64,000 bases of DNA from an uncultured Gemmatimonadales bacterium. Lineage in GTDB: Bacteria > Gemmatimonadota > Gemmatimonadetes > Gemmatimonadales > GWC2-71-9. The notes below the pieces were generated by a model. The model searched no databases. It had not been told where the DNA came from and was given only the letters and a program-made list of their open reading frames with translations. Both the position numbers and the translations under genes were made by a program. Below are positions 50,339 to 59,300 of this stretch, piece by piece. How positions within the stretch are numbered: position 1 is the first letter of the stretch; every line of letters starts with the position of its first letter. The stretch lies in NCBI GenBank assembly GCA_963771275.1, contig CAVYSW010000010.1, forward strand, positions 96,001-160,000. The letters are read 5' to 3'.

Positions 50339-52333
50339 ATGGGAACGTTCTCACAGGACGACCGGCCGTTCCGGGTGGACACGGCGCTCGGCAAGGACGT
50401 GCTGCTGCTCCAGGGGTTCAGCGGCGACGAGGGGGTCTCGATCCCCTTCGGCTACACGCTGGATCTCCTGTCCGAAGACGCGGCCGTCGATGCGGAGAAG
50501 CTGCTGCGCACGGCCGTGACGCTCATTCTCGAGCTGGGCGACGGCGGCGAGCGGATCGTCCACGGGTTGATCAACCGGTTCAGTCAGTCCGGCCAGACGC
50601 AGACCGGCGAGCTGACGGCCTATCGGGCGCAGGTAGTGCCCTGGTTCTGGTTCCTGTCGCTCTCCAGTGACTGCAAGATCTTCCAGAACCTCACCGCGCT
50701 CGAGATCGTCGAGAAGGTGTTCCGCGCACGCGGGTTCTCGGACTTCGAGATCAAGTGCGTCAAGCCGCACGCGAAACGCGAGTACTGCGTCCAGTACCGC
50801 GAGACCGACCTCAACTTCGTATGCCGCCTGCTCGAAGAGGAGGGGGTCTTCTACTTCTTCCGTCACAGCAAGTCCAAGCACGTGCTCGTCCTGGCAGACG
50901 ACAACAGCGCGGTGAAGCCCTGCCCGACCCAGTCCAAGGTCCGCATGGCGGTGCAATCCGGCGGCTGGGAGGAGGAGGACGTCGTGACGGCGCTGCAGCG
51001 GGAGCACGTCACCCACATCGGGAAGGTCACGCTGCGAGACTACGATTACCTGCAGCCGTCGCTCAGCCTGGAGAGCTCGGTGTCGGGGCAGGGCAAGGAG
51101 GAGGTCTACGACTACCCCGGTGCGTTCACGACGCTGGATGACGGCGAGCGCCTGGCGCGGCTGCAGCTCGAGGAACGCGAGGGATGGCAGCTGGTGATCC
51201 GCGGCGAGAGCAACTGTCGGGGGCTCGAGACCGGCTGCCGGTTCGACCTCAAGGAACATTACCGGTCGGACGCCAACGACACGTACTTCCTGCTCCACCT
51301 GCGGCAGACCGGACGGAACTCCGACTACCGCGCGAAAGCCGACACGCCGGCGGAGTACCGCAACAGCTTCGTGGCGATTCCCCACAAGGTGCCGTTCCGG
51401 CCGCCCCGCACGGCGCCGAAACCCGTGGTGCAGGGATCCCAGACCGCGCTCGTTGTGGGCAAGTCGGGTGAGGAGATCTGGGTTGACAAGTACGGGCGGG
51501 TGAAGGTGCAGTTCTACTGGGACCGGGACGGCAAGAAGGACGAGAACAGCTCGTGCTGGGTGCGCGTCGCGACGACGTGGGCCGGCAAGCAATGGGGGCA
51601 CATCCAGATCCCGCGCATCGGCCAGGAGGTGATCGTCGATTTCCTGGAAGGGGATCCCGACCTGCCGATCATCACCGGCCGGGTGTACAACGCGGAGCTG
51701 ATGCCGCCCTACGAGCTGCCGGCGAACCAAACGCAGAGCGGCGTCAAGTCGCGCAGCTCGAAGGGCGGTGGGACGGACAACTTCAACGAGATCTTCCTGG
51801 AGGACAAGAAGGGGAGTGAGCTGATCATGATGCACGCCGAGCGTGATCTCTTCGTGGAGGTGGAGAACGACGAGACGCGTGACGTGTTGCATGACCGCAC
51901 GACGGTCGTGACCAACAACGACTCGCGGACCGTCGAGGAGGGAGACGACTCGGTCCTGGTGGAAAAGGGGAATCAGACGGTCGAGGTCCAGCAGGGAGAC
52001 CAGAGCATCGAGCTCGGACAGGGCAGTCAGGAGCTCAAGATCAAGCTGGGGAACCAGAAGGTGGAGCTCGGCCAGGGCAACCAGGAGCTCACGGTCAAGA
52101 CCGGGAACCGCACCGTGAAGGTCTCGCTCGGCAAGATCGCCGAGGAGGCGATGCAGGGGATCGAGCTCAAGGTCGGTCAGAACTCGATCAAGATCGACCA
52201 GACCGGCGTGACCATCAAGGGCATGATGGTGAAGATCGAGGGGCAGATGCAGACCGAGCTCAAGGGCCTGATCACCAACGTCACCGCCGATGCCGTGCTC
52301 CAGGTGAAGGGCGGCATCACGATGATCAACTGA
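50339..52333 (+). CDS. vgrG: T6SS spike VgrG (TssI), no C-terminal effector extension
   Basis: YCVQYRETDLNF, DKYGRVKVQFYWDR, SCWVRV, IPRIGQEVIVDFLEGDPD and beta-helix repeats. Confidence 0.97.
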   Translation: MGTFSQDDRPFRVDTALGKDVLLLQGFSGDEGVSIPFGYTLDLLSEDAAVDAEKLLRTAVTLILELGDGGERIVHGLINRFSQSGQTQTGELTAYRAQVVPWFWFLSLSSDCKIFQNLTALEIVEKVFRARGFSDFEIKCVKPHAKREYCVQYRETDLNFVCRLLEEEGVFYFFRHSKSKHVLVLADDNSAVKPCPTQSKVRMAVQSGGWEEEDVVTALQREHVTHIGKVTLRDYDYLQPSLSLESSVSGQGKEEVYDYPGAFTTLDDGERLARLQLEEREGWQLVIRGESNCRGLETGCRFDLKEHYRSDANDTYFLLHLRQTGRNSDYRAKADTPAEYRNSFVAIPHKVPFRPPRTAPKPVVQGSQTALVVGKSGEEIWVDKYGRVKVQFYWDRDGKKDENSSCWVRVATTWAGKQWGHIQIPRIGQEVIVDFLEGDPDLPIITGRVYNAELMPPYELPANQTQSGVKSRSSKGGGTDNFNEIFLEDKKGSELIMMHAERDLFVEVENDETRDVLHDRTTVVTNNDSRTVEEGDDSVLVEKGNQTVEVQQGDQSIELGQGSQELKIKLGNQKVELGQGNQELTVKTGNRTVKVSLGKIAEEAMQGIELKVGQNSIKIDQTGVTIKGMMVKIEGQMQTELKGLITNVTADAVLQVKGGITMIN

Positions 52334-52335
52334 CC

Positions 52336-52950
52336 ATGCCCGACACGACGGCGGTGCTCCGGTCGGGCAAGACGGTGGCGCAGATCTGCGAGGTGGCGGA
52401 GCTCAGCGACGAGGCGCGCGCGCTCCGCGCCGAGGGCCAGGCGGCCCGGCAGTTTGCCGAGCTGTTGATCGCGCGCGCGCTCTACCCCGACGCGGTGCGC
52501 TTCCTGGCGTGCGCGCTGCCGCGCCGCGAAGCGGTGTGGTGGGCGTGGGTGTGTGCGCGCCGCGCGGCGGGGGAGACGCCCCCCGCGCCGATCCAGGCCT
52601 CGCTCGAGGCCACGCAGCAATGGATCGCTGAGCCCACCGATCAACGCCGGCGCGCCGCGATGCAGCACGCCCAAGCGGCGGGCTTCGGGACACCGGCGGG
52701 GAGCGCGGGGCTCGCCGCCTTCCTCTCGGGAGGGTCGTTGGCGCCGCCGGACGTCGCGGCGGTGCCGCCCGGGGAGTTCATGGCGGCCAAGGCGATCGCG
52801 GGGAGCATCGTCCTGGCGGCCGTCATGATCGAGCCGGAACGCGCGGATGAGAAGTTCCGGGGGTTCGTGGAACAGGGCATGGTGGTCGCCGAGAAGACCG
52901 ACCTGTGGACGCCGCCGGCGACGCCCGCCGGCCAGGCCGCGAGGAGGTAG
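52336..52950 (+). CDS. T6SS-associated helical protein resembling DUF6931
   Basis: DAVRFLACALPRREAVWWAWVC, W...P....RRAA and A.F.SGGSLAP; lies between vgrG and PAAR. Confidence 0.7.
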   Translation: MPDTTAVLRSGKTVAQICEVAELSDEARALRAEGQAARQFAELLIARALYPDAVRFLACALPRREAVWWAWVCARRAAGETPPAPIQASLEATQQWIAEPTDQRRRAAMQHAQAAGFGTPAGSAGLAAFLSGGSLAPPDVAAVPPGEFMAAKAIAGSIVLAAVMIEPERADEKFRGFVEQGMVVAEKTDLWTPPATPAGQAARR

Positions 52951-52955
52951 CGCTC

Positions 52956-53258
52956 ATGGGTATGCCAGCCGCGCGCGCTGGGGACATGCACGTCTGTCCC
53001 ATGGTCACGCCGGCGGTGCCGCCGATCCCGCACGTTGGCGGCCCGATCCTCCCACCCGGGTGCCCGATGGTCCTGATCGGCAGCATGCCTGCCGCACGGG
53101 CCACGGACATGTGCGTCTGCGTCGGCCCACCCGACCTCATCGCGATGGGCTCGACCACGGTGCTGATCGGCAGCCTGCCGGCCGCGCGGCTGGGCGATCC
53201 CACCGCGCACGGCGGCGCGATCGTCATGGGTTGCCCCACGGTGCTGATCGGACCCTAG
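52956..53258 (+). CDS. PAAR-domain spike tip protein (100 aa)
   Basis: Three PAAR motifs with HVCP, CVC and TAHGG; GAGGAGG RBS. Confidence 0.95.
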   Translation: MGMPAARAGDMHVCPMVTPAVPPIPHVGGPILPPGCPMVLIGSMPAARATDMCVCVGPPDLIAMGSTTVLIGSLPAARLGDPTAHGGAIVMGCPTVLIGP

Positions 53259-53267
53259 GGCCTCACG

Positions 53268-54242
53268 ATGGATCAGTACTACGACGGCGACTACTGGAAG
53301 CTGAGCCTCGAGGAGCGGGTGCGGGCGGCCCGCGTCCGGATGGAGGAGGCGCACGCCCGGGTCGACGCGTCGCGCGCCCGACTCGCGGAGCTGCCGGACA
53401 GCGAGACGGTCGTCGTCGAGGTCACCGATACCGCCTTGGCGGCATCGTCCTCCCAGTACCAGGATCCCCGCATGCGCGCAATGGCGCGTCCAAAGCCGGC
53501 AAAGCCGGCCGAAATCCTCGAGATGGTGGTCCGGAACGACGAGGAGCGGAAGCATCTGTGGAAGCAGTACCTGCTGGATTTCGAGTGGTACCTGACCGCC
53601 AAGCTCGAATACGAGCGGCTGCTCGCCGAGATCGAGCGGACCCGGATGCATGCCCCGGAGAATCGACCACCGAGCGACTCCCGCAACGAGCGGCAACCGG
53701 TGAGCCCGCCGGCTACCGTCACGCCGGCCGCGCAGCCGGACCAGGAAGCCGAGCGCTGCACCGAGATCCGCCGCCGACTGCGGAGGACGGTGAAGCAGCT
53801 GCGTCGGGACCCCTCCGCCGCCGCGATGCGGCGAGCCCTGGTCGATCTGGCCCACGGGCAGACGAGGGGGTGCGGGGAGAATCCCCAGACCACCGATGCC
53901 TGGGAGGCCATCGAGGACGCCGCGGTGGCGCGCGCGGCGGCGGCGAAGCAGAAGTTCAAAGCGCATCCCACGTCAGAGAACTACCGGCAATGGCTGAACC
54001 GCCGGGCGGAAGGGCAGCTGTTCGGGCGCGAAGAGGAGACCACCGCGGACCCGCTCGCCGGCGTGACCCGGCTGCGCCCGCCCGGGACGTACCAGATTCA
54101 GCCGGGCGATACGTTGTCCAAGCTCGCCAAGGCGTTCTACGGGCAGGAATGGCTCTGGTACGTGATCTACGAGCGGAACTGGGGCGGCACACCTGACAAC
54201 CCCAATCTGATCCTGCCGGGCTTGGAGCTGGAGATTCCCTGA
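53268..54242 (+). CDS. Hypothetical helical protein with C-terminal LysM domain
   Basis: YQIQPGDTLSKLAKAFYG...W..IYERN...NPNLILPG.ELEIP; no signal peptide; last gene of the vgrG operon. Confidence 0.8.
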   Translation: MDQYYDGDYWKLSLEERVRAARVRMEEAHARVDASRARLAELPDSETVVVEVTDTALAASSSQYQDPRMRAMARPKPAKPAEILEMVVRNDEERKHLWKQYLLDFEWYLTAKLEYERLLAEIERTRMHAPENRPPSDSRNERQPVSPPATVTPAAQPDQEAERCTEIRRRLRRTVKQLRRDPSAAAMRRALVDLAHGQTRGCGENPQTTDAWEAIEDAAVARAAAAKQKFKAHPTSENYRQWLNRRAEGQLFGREEETTADPLAGVTRLRPPGTYQIQPGDTLSKLAKAFYGQEWLWYVIYERNWGGTPDNPNLILPGLELEIP

Positions 54243-54246
54243 AACA

Positions 54247-54274
54247 GCCGGAGCCCGCGGGCGCGGGCTCCGGC
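54247..54274. terminator. Hairpin between convergent genes
   Basis: Perfect inverted repeat GCCGGAGCCCGCG gg CGCGGGCTCCGGC. Confidence 0.65.
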
Positions 54275-54302
54275 GGGTAAGCAGGGACGCGCTTCCCTTC
54301 GG

Positions 54303-56183
54303 CTACTTGGCCTGCGCCAGCCCCGCGGGAAGGAACCGCCAGGCGTACTCGACCGGCACGGCCTCGTTCTGCTGGTACTGCGCGCCGCGGTCCGCCGTCG
54401 CGAATCCGGCGTGGTTGACCCCGACGACGGCGAGCTTCGTGCCGAGCAGCGGGCCGCCACTCGAGCCGCCGATCCCGCCCAGCGTGTGGTAGGAGATCGA
54501 GTTCGACGTCACGCCCGACACGCTCATGTTCCCGCTCACGTCCGGCTGCAGCTGCTTCGCCTGCACGAGCGCATCCAGCTCGGCGGCTCCCGCCACGGCG
54601 TTCACGGTCTGCAGCAGCAGGAACACTCCCAGATCGGACTGGACCAGCGCCTGGAGCTGCTTCTCGTCGTCCGGCAGCCCCCGGAGCACGGCCTCGAGCC
54701 CGGTTTCCCGGGCGAAGGCGCCGACGGCCCGCTGCACCGCCGCCTGCACCTGGTCGCTCAGCGAGGCGTCCACGAAGCTCCCGACCCCTCGCCGCTGCGC
54801 CGTGACCTCGGTGCCGCCCGGGTAGGCCAGCATCACGATGTCCTCACCGGCCACTACCTGCTGGCCCCGCGCCAGCGGCAGCACCGGCACCCCTTGCGGG
54901 GTCCGCGTCGTGCGGAACAGGCCGAGGTCGTGCTCGCGTGAGGCCTGCACCGTCTGGGCGTCGACCTCGTACATGGCCCCCGGCGGAAACGCGATCCGCC
55001 ACCCCGCGATGGCCGGCTTGAACACGATGTCGCCGTTCTTGCCGAGGTTCAGCGTGGCCTGCTTGATCATCTCGGCGCTGGCAAACGGCAGGTCGACGCA
55101 GTGACGGTTCGTGAGTACCCAGCCGGCTGCGTTGATCAGGAAGCCGGTGCACTGCGAGGTCGTGAGCAATGCCAGATGGTCGTTCTGATCGGTGCTGAGC
55201 CCGACCTTGCCGTCCTGGGTTCCCCGAATCCGCAGCCAGCCGGCCTGCTCGTTGAACCAGCCGATCCGGAACTCGATGAGCCCGACACCCGCGGCATAGC
55301 GCTGCGTCACCGTGGGCCCGAACCGCCGGTCATCCTGGACGGCCTGGCGCTGCTGGGCGATCTCCTGCTTCTGGCGGTCGAGCTCCGCCCGGTTCTGCTG
55401 GAGATTCTGCGTCAAGGACTCGGCCTGGCTTTGCCACTGCGTGGCCGTCGAGGCGAGCTGCGAGAGCTGCTGCTCCAGCGCCGCGCGGGCGTCGCCTTGG
55501 GAGCGCAGCTCGCTGCTCATCGCCGTCAGCTCGCCACGCAGCGCCGCGGCCTTGCGCTCACTCAGCACGAACACCAGCCCCACGGCTACGGCCCCGGCGA
55601 CCGCCACGAGGATGAGCGCGACCTTGAGTCTCCGACTGGCCTTCTCCTGCGCCAGCTTGACGAACGCCTTCATCACCGCCGTCTGGCTCGGGCGGCCGCT
55701 CGTCGCGGCCGCGGCCGCCTGGTCGCGGGCCATGACGTACAGGCCCGTGAGTCCTGAGCCGGAGGAGGACCCGCCACCCGCCAGTGGAGTCGCGGGCGCC
55801 TTCGCGGCTTTGGGCGGAACGTAGGCCGTGGCGGGGGAGCCCCACGCCGCGGGTATCGGGGCGGTTGCCATGCCCTCGTCCGCGACGACCTCGAACTGGG
55901 CGGCGGGCCCGTTCGGGCCGAACATGATCGTCTGGCCCGCCCGGATCTCGCATTCCTTGACCTGGCGGCCGTCCACGAAGGTGCCGTTGCGGCTGTTTTC
56001 GTCCCGCACGTAGAACCGGCCGCCGACCTCGTAGAGCGTGGCATGATGGCCCGAGACCACCACCTCGCTGGGGCTGAACTGCAGCGTGCAGTCCGGGCTG
56101 CGCCCCACCGCCACCTCGAAGCCCGTGAGCTCGAAATCGGTCCCAGCCCTGCTTCCCGACGTGAAGACGAGCCGCCCGCGCAT
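54303..56183 (-). CDS. FHA domain - TM - coiled coil - trypsin-like serine protease (626 aa)
   Basis: GGAGG RBS then ATG 56183; FHA motifs VGR, VSGHHA and SRNGTFVDG; TM; Q-rich coil; TNRHCV, HDLGL and GGSSGGPL triad. Confidence 0.9.
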   Translation of the reverse strand: MRGRLVFTSGSRAGTDFELTGFEVAVGRSPDCTLQFSPSEVVVSGHHATLYEVGGRFYVRDENSRNGTFVDGRQVKECEIRAGQTIMFGPNGPAAQFEVVADEGMATAPIPAAWGSPATAYVPPKAAKAPATPLAGGGSSSGSGLTGLYVMARDQAAAAATSGRPSQTAVMKAFVKLAQEKASRRLKVALILVAVAGAVAVGLVFVLSERKAAALRGELTAMSSELRSQGDARAALEQQLSQLASTATQWQSQAESLTQNLQQNRAELDRQKQEIAQQRQAVQDDRRFGPTVTQRYAAGVGLIEFRIGWFNEQAGWLRIRGTQDGKVGLSTDQNDHLALLTTSQCTGFLINAAGWVLTNRHCVDLPFASAEMIKQATLNLGKNGDIVFKPAIAGWRIAFPPGAMYEVDAQTVQASREHDLGLFRTTRTPQGVPVLPLARGQQVVAGEDIVMLAYPGGTEVTAQRRGVGSFVDASLSDQVQAAVQRAVGAFARETGLEAVLRGLPDDEKQLQALVQSDLGVFLLLQTVNAVAGAAELDALVQAKQLQPDVSGNMSVSGVTSNSISYHTLGGIGGSSGGPLLGTKLAVVGVNHAGFATADRGAQYQQNEAVPVEYAWRFLPAGLAQAK

Positions 56184-56351
56184 ACCAAGACCTCCGCTAA
56201 GCCGTTGCGGGTTCGCAACATCCCGGACCAAGCCGCCTACCCAATCTACCGGGCGCCCTGCATCGCGCCAGAGTGAAACCTCGGCGGACTCGACGCGGGG
56301 CCCGATTCTTTCTATCCTATGGGGTCTGAAGGCGACCGAGGGCACCAAGCG

Positions 56352-59300
56352 ATGAGCGTCAGCATTACCTGCACGCGGTGTGGCCAGCCGATGAGCGCGA
56401 GCGACCGGTTCTGCGCCAACTGCGGCACCGGGAACCCGATGGTCGGTCGACAGGCCGATTCCAGTGGCTCCGGGTCGGTGTGGGATGCCGTGCAGCAGTC
56501 GCTGCGGGTGGCGACCCGCGGGGAGTTCGACATCGCCGGTGAGTTGGGCCACGGCGGGATGGCCGCCGTCTATCTGGCGCACGACATCGGGCTCGACAAG
56601 AAGGTCGCCATCAAGGTCATGGCGCCCGCCCTCATGGCCGACCCCAGCATGATCGGCCGGTTCCAGGACGAAGCGCGCACCGTCGCGAAGCTCGAGCACC
56701 CCAACATCGTGACGGTGCACGCCGCCCGGCAGGCGGGGGGTCTGTACTTCTTCGTGATGAAGTACGTCGTCGGGCGTGACCTCGACTCCATCCTCGAGCA
56801 CGGGCCCCTGCCCCTGGCGGTGGTCCAGGCCGTGATCTATCAGGTGGCGACGGCGCTCCAGTACGCGCACGGCCGCAATGTGATCCACCGCGACATCAAG
56901 CCCAGCAACGTCATGGTCGACCTCGAGGGCAACGCGGTGGTGATGGATTTCGGCATCGCGAAGCTGCGGGGGGCGCGCGGCCATACCATGGTCGGCGCGG
57001 CGATCGGCACGCCGCCCTACATGAGTCCCGAGCAGTGCCTCGGCAAGGAAGTGAGTCCCGCGTCCGACCAGTACTCGCTCGGGATGGTCACCTACCATCT
57101 GCTCACCGGCCGGCCGCCGTTCAGCGGCGAGCCGATCCCGGTGATGCGGCAGCAGATCGAGGTCGACCCGCCGCCGATCGAGCACCTGGCGGAGGGCCCG
57201 TGCCCGCCGAAGGTCCGCGACGGGGTCCGCCGCATGCTGGCCAAGGCCCCGGAGGATCGCTGGGGGTCGGTGGTGGAGGCGGCTCGCGCGCTTGGAGGGC
57301 ACCCGGTCGCGGTCGACGACCCGTTGCGCGACGAGATCGCGCGCCTGTCTCAAAGCGGCGGGTTCATTCCGCCGACGCAGATCTTCACGACGCCGCTCAG
57401 CCCCTCGCCGCAAGTCGGCTGGACACCCGGGCCGGTCGCGCCCACCGTGCCGATCACGCCGACCCCCTCGGCGCCCGTGACGCCGCCGGCCTCGGTGCCC
57501 TTCGCGGCGCCGCCATCGGCTCCCGTGACCCCGCCGTCAGCCGCACCGCTCACGCCGCCGACGGTCCCATACACGGCGCCCCCGGTGATCCAGCCATCGG
57601 CACCGCTCACGCCGCCGCCGTCGGGCCCGCTCACGCCGGCACCCGTGCCACCCTTCACGCCGCCGCCCATGGCGCCGGCCACGGTGCCGTACACGCCGTC
57701 GATGGCGGGTCCGGTGAGCACCCCCCCGAGTGGTATCGGCGAGCTGCCCCCAATGGCGCCGCCCGTGGTGCCGGCCACCGCGCTCGTCCCACCGGACGCG
57801 CTGCAACCCGCCGGGCTCGCCGCGGCGCCCGCCACGGCGCCGATGCCTGCGGCGGCGCCGAGTCGCCCACGCACGGGCCCCGTTGCCGCGGCCGCGCTCA
57901 GGCCTCAGCCCAAGCCGCCCTGGCTGCTGATCGGCGGCGCGGCCGTGGCGGTCGCGGCCGTCGCGGTCGTCGTCATGCTCGCCTTGCGGCAGCCCGCCAC
58001 GAGTGACGTGACGCTCGCGGTGGCGCCGCCCGAGTTGAATCTTGGCGCGGGGCAGGAAGGGACATTGTCGATCGACGGCGTGCCTGGTGGGACGCCGGTC
58101 GCGTGGCGCTCGAGCGACGATGCCGTGGCCACGGTCGATGCGGACGGACGGGTCCGGGCCGTGCGGGAGGGCCGGGCGCTCATCATCGCGTCTGCCGCCG
58201 ATCGCGCCGATACGGCGGTCGTGACGGTCGCGCCCGGAGCCGTGGCCGAGCCGCCCCGGACGGCGCGGCTCGAGGTTCGCCCGGCCGACACGCAGGTCCA
58301 GGTCGGCGACGCGGTCACGCTGCGGGTGGAGGCGTTCGATCAGGGCAACCGCAGCATGACGGCACCCCAGGTCCGCTGGCGGTCGTCCAACGAGCGGGCC
58401 GTGGCGGTGACGCAGGCGGGGACCGTGACGGGGCGGGCGGTTGGGTCGGCCACCGTGACCGCCGCGGCGGGCGGCGTGGAAGCCAGCGCCATCATCCGCG
58501 TCCTCGCCGTCGCCCGGCCCGCGGACACCACCGGGCCGCCGCCGCCCCCACGGCGCGTGGCGGTCGTCGCCGTCACCCCACCGCGCATCGAGCTGGACGT
58601 CGGCCAGACCGCCGCGGTCATCGCGGAGGCGCGGGACGCGCAGGGCAGGCCGTTCGACCGACCGATTGCGTTCCGATCGGACAACGCAGGCGTGGCGAAC
58701 GTGTCGGAGCGCGGCGAGGTGCGGGCCGTGGCACCGGGAAACGCGGTGATCGTGGCGGCGAGCGACGGGATCGAGGGCCGCGCCATGGTCCAGGTGCGCG
58801 CGCCGGCACCACCGCCACCGCGGGACACCGCCGTGGCTCCGGCACCCGCGCGAACGGTCACGTTCGCCGGCATCGCGGCGGGGAGCGCGCATACGTGCGC
58901 GGTGGCGTCGGGGGATGAGGCCATCTGGTGCTGGGGCGGAAACGACCGAGGACAGATTCAGCCCGGCTCCGGACAGGGAGCGCGCGTGCTCCAGCCGGTC
59001 GCCCTGGCGGGGACGGCGGCCGAGCTCGCGGCGGGCGCCGAGCACACATGCGCGCTGGCCGACGGCCAGGTGACGTGTTGGGGGCGCAACACCGAAGGGC
59101 AGTTGGGCACGAGCGACCTCAAGGCCACCCGATACACGGTTCCCGGCCTGCGCTTCGAGGAGATCAGTGCCGGTCCGGCGCACACCTGCGGCCTCACCAC
59201 CGCCGGCCAGGTCTACTGCTGGGGCAAGAACGACATGGGGCAGCTGGGTGACGGGTCCAGCAGCCGGCGTGCAAAGCCAACGCCGATCGCGGCGAGCGCC

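Larger units (their letters stand above)
28385..54242. other. Type VI secretion system gene cluster
   Basis: 12 of the 13 core components are recognisable (A, B, C, D, E, F, G, H, I, K x2, L, M) plus PAAR and TagJ; TssJ not found. Confidence 0.96.

Noticed and set aside
39212..54242. Prophage tail or extracellular contractile injection system
   Set aside because: TssK/L/M, split TssB/TssC, TssA and ClpV define a T6SS; no capsid, terminase, tape-measure or lysis genes.
56184..57413. 410-aa N-terminal extension of the FHA-protease in the ORF track
   Set aside because: Mostly antisense to the kinase domain; a good RBS and ATG at 56183 immediately precede the FHA domain.
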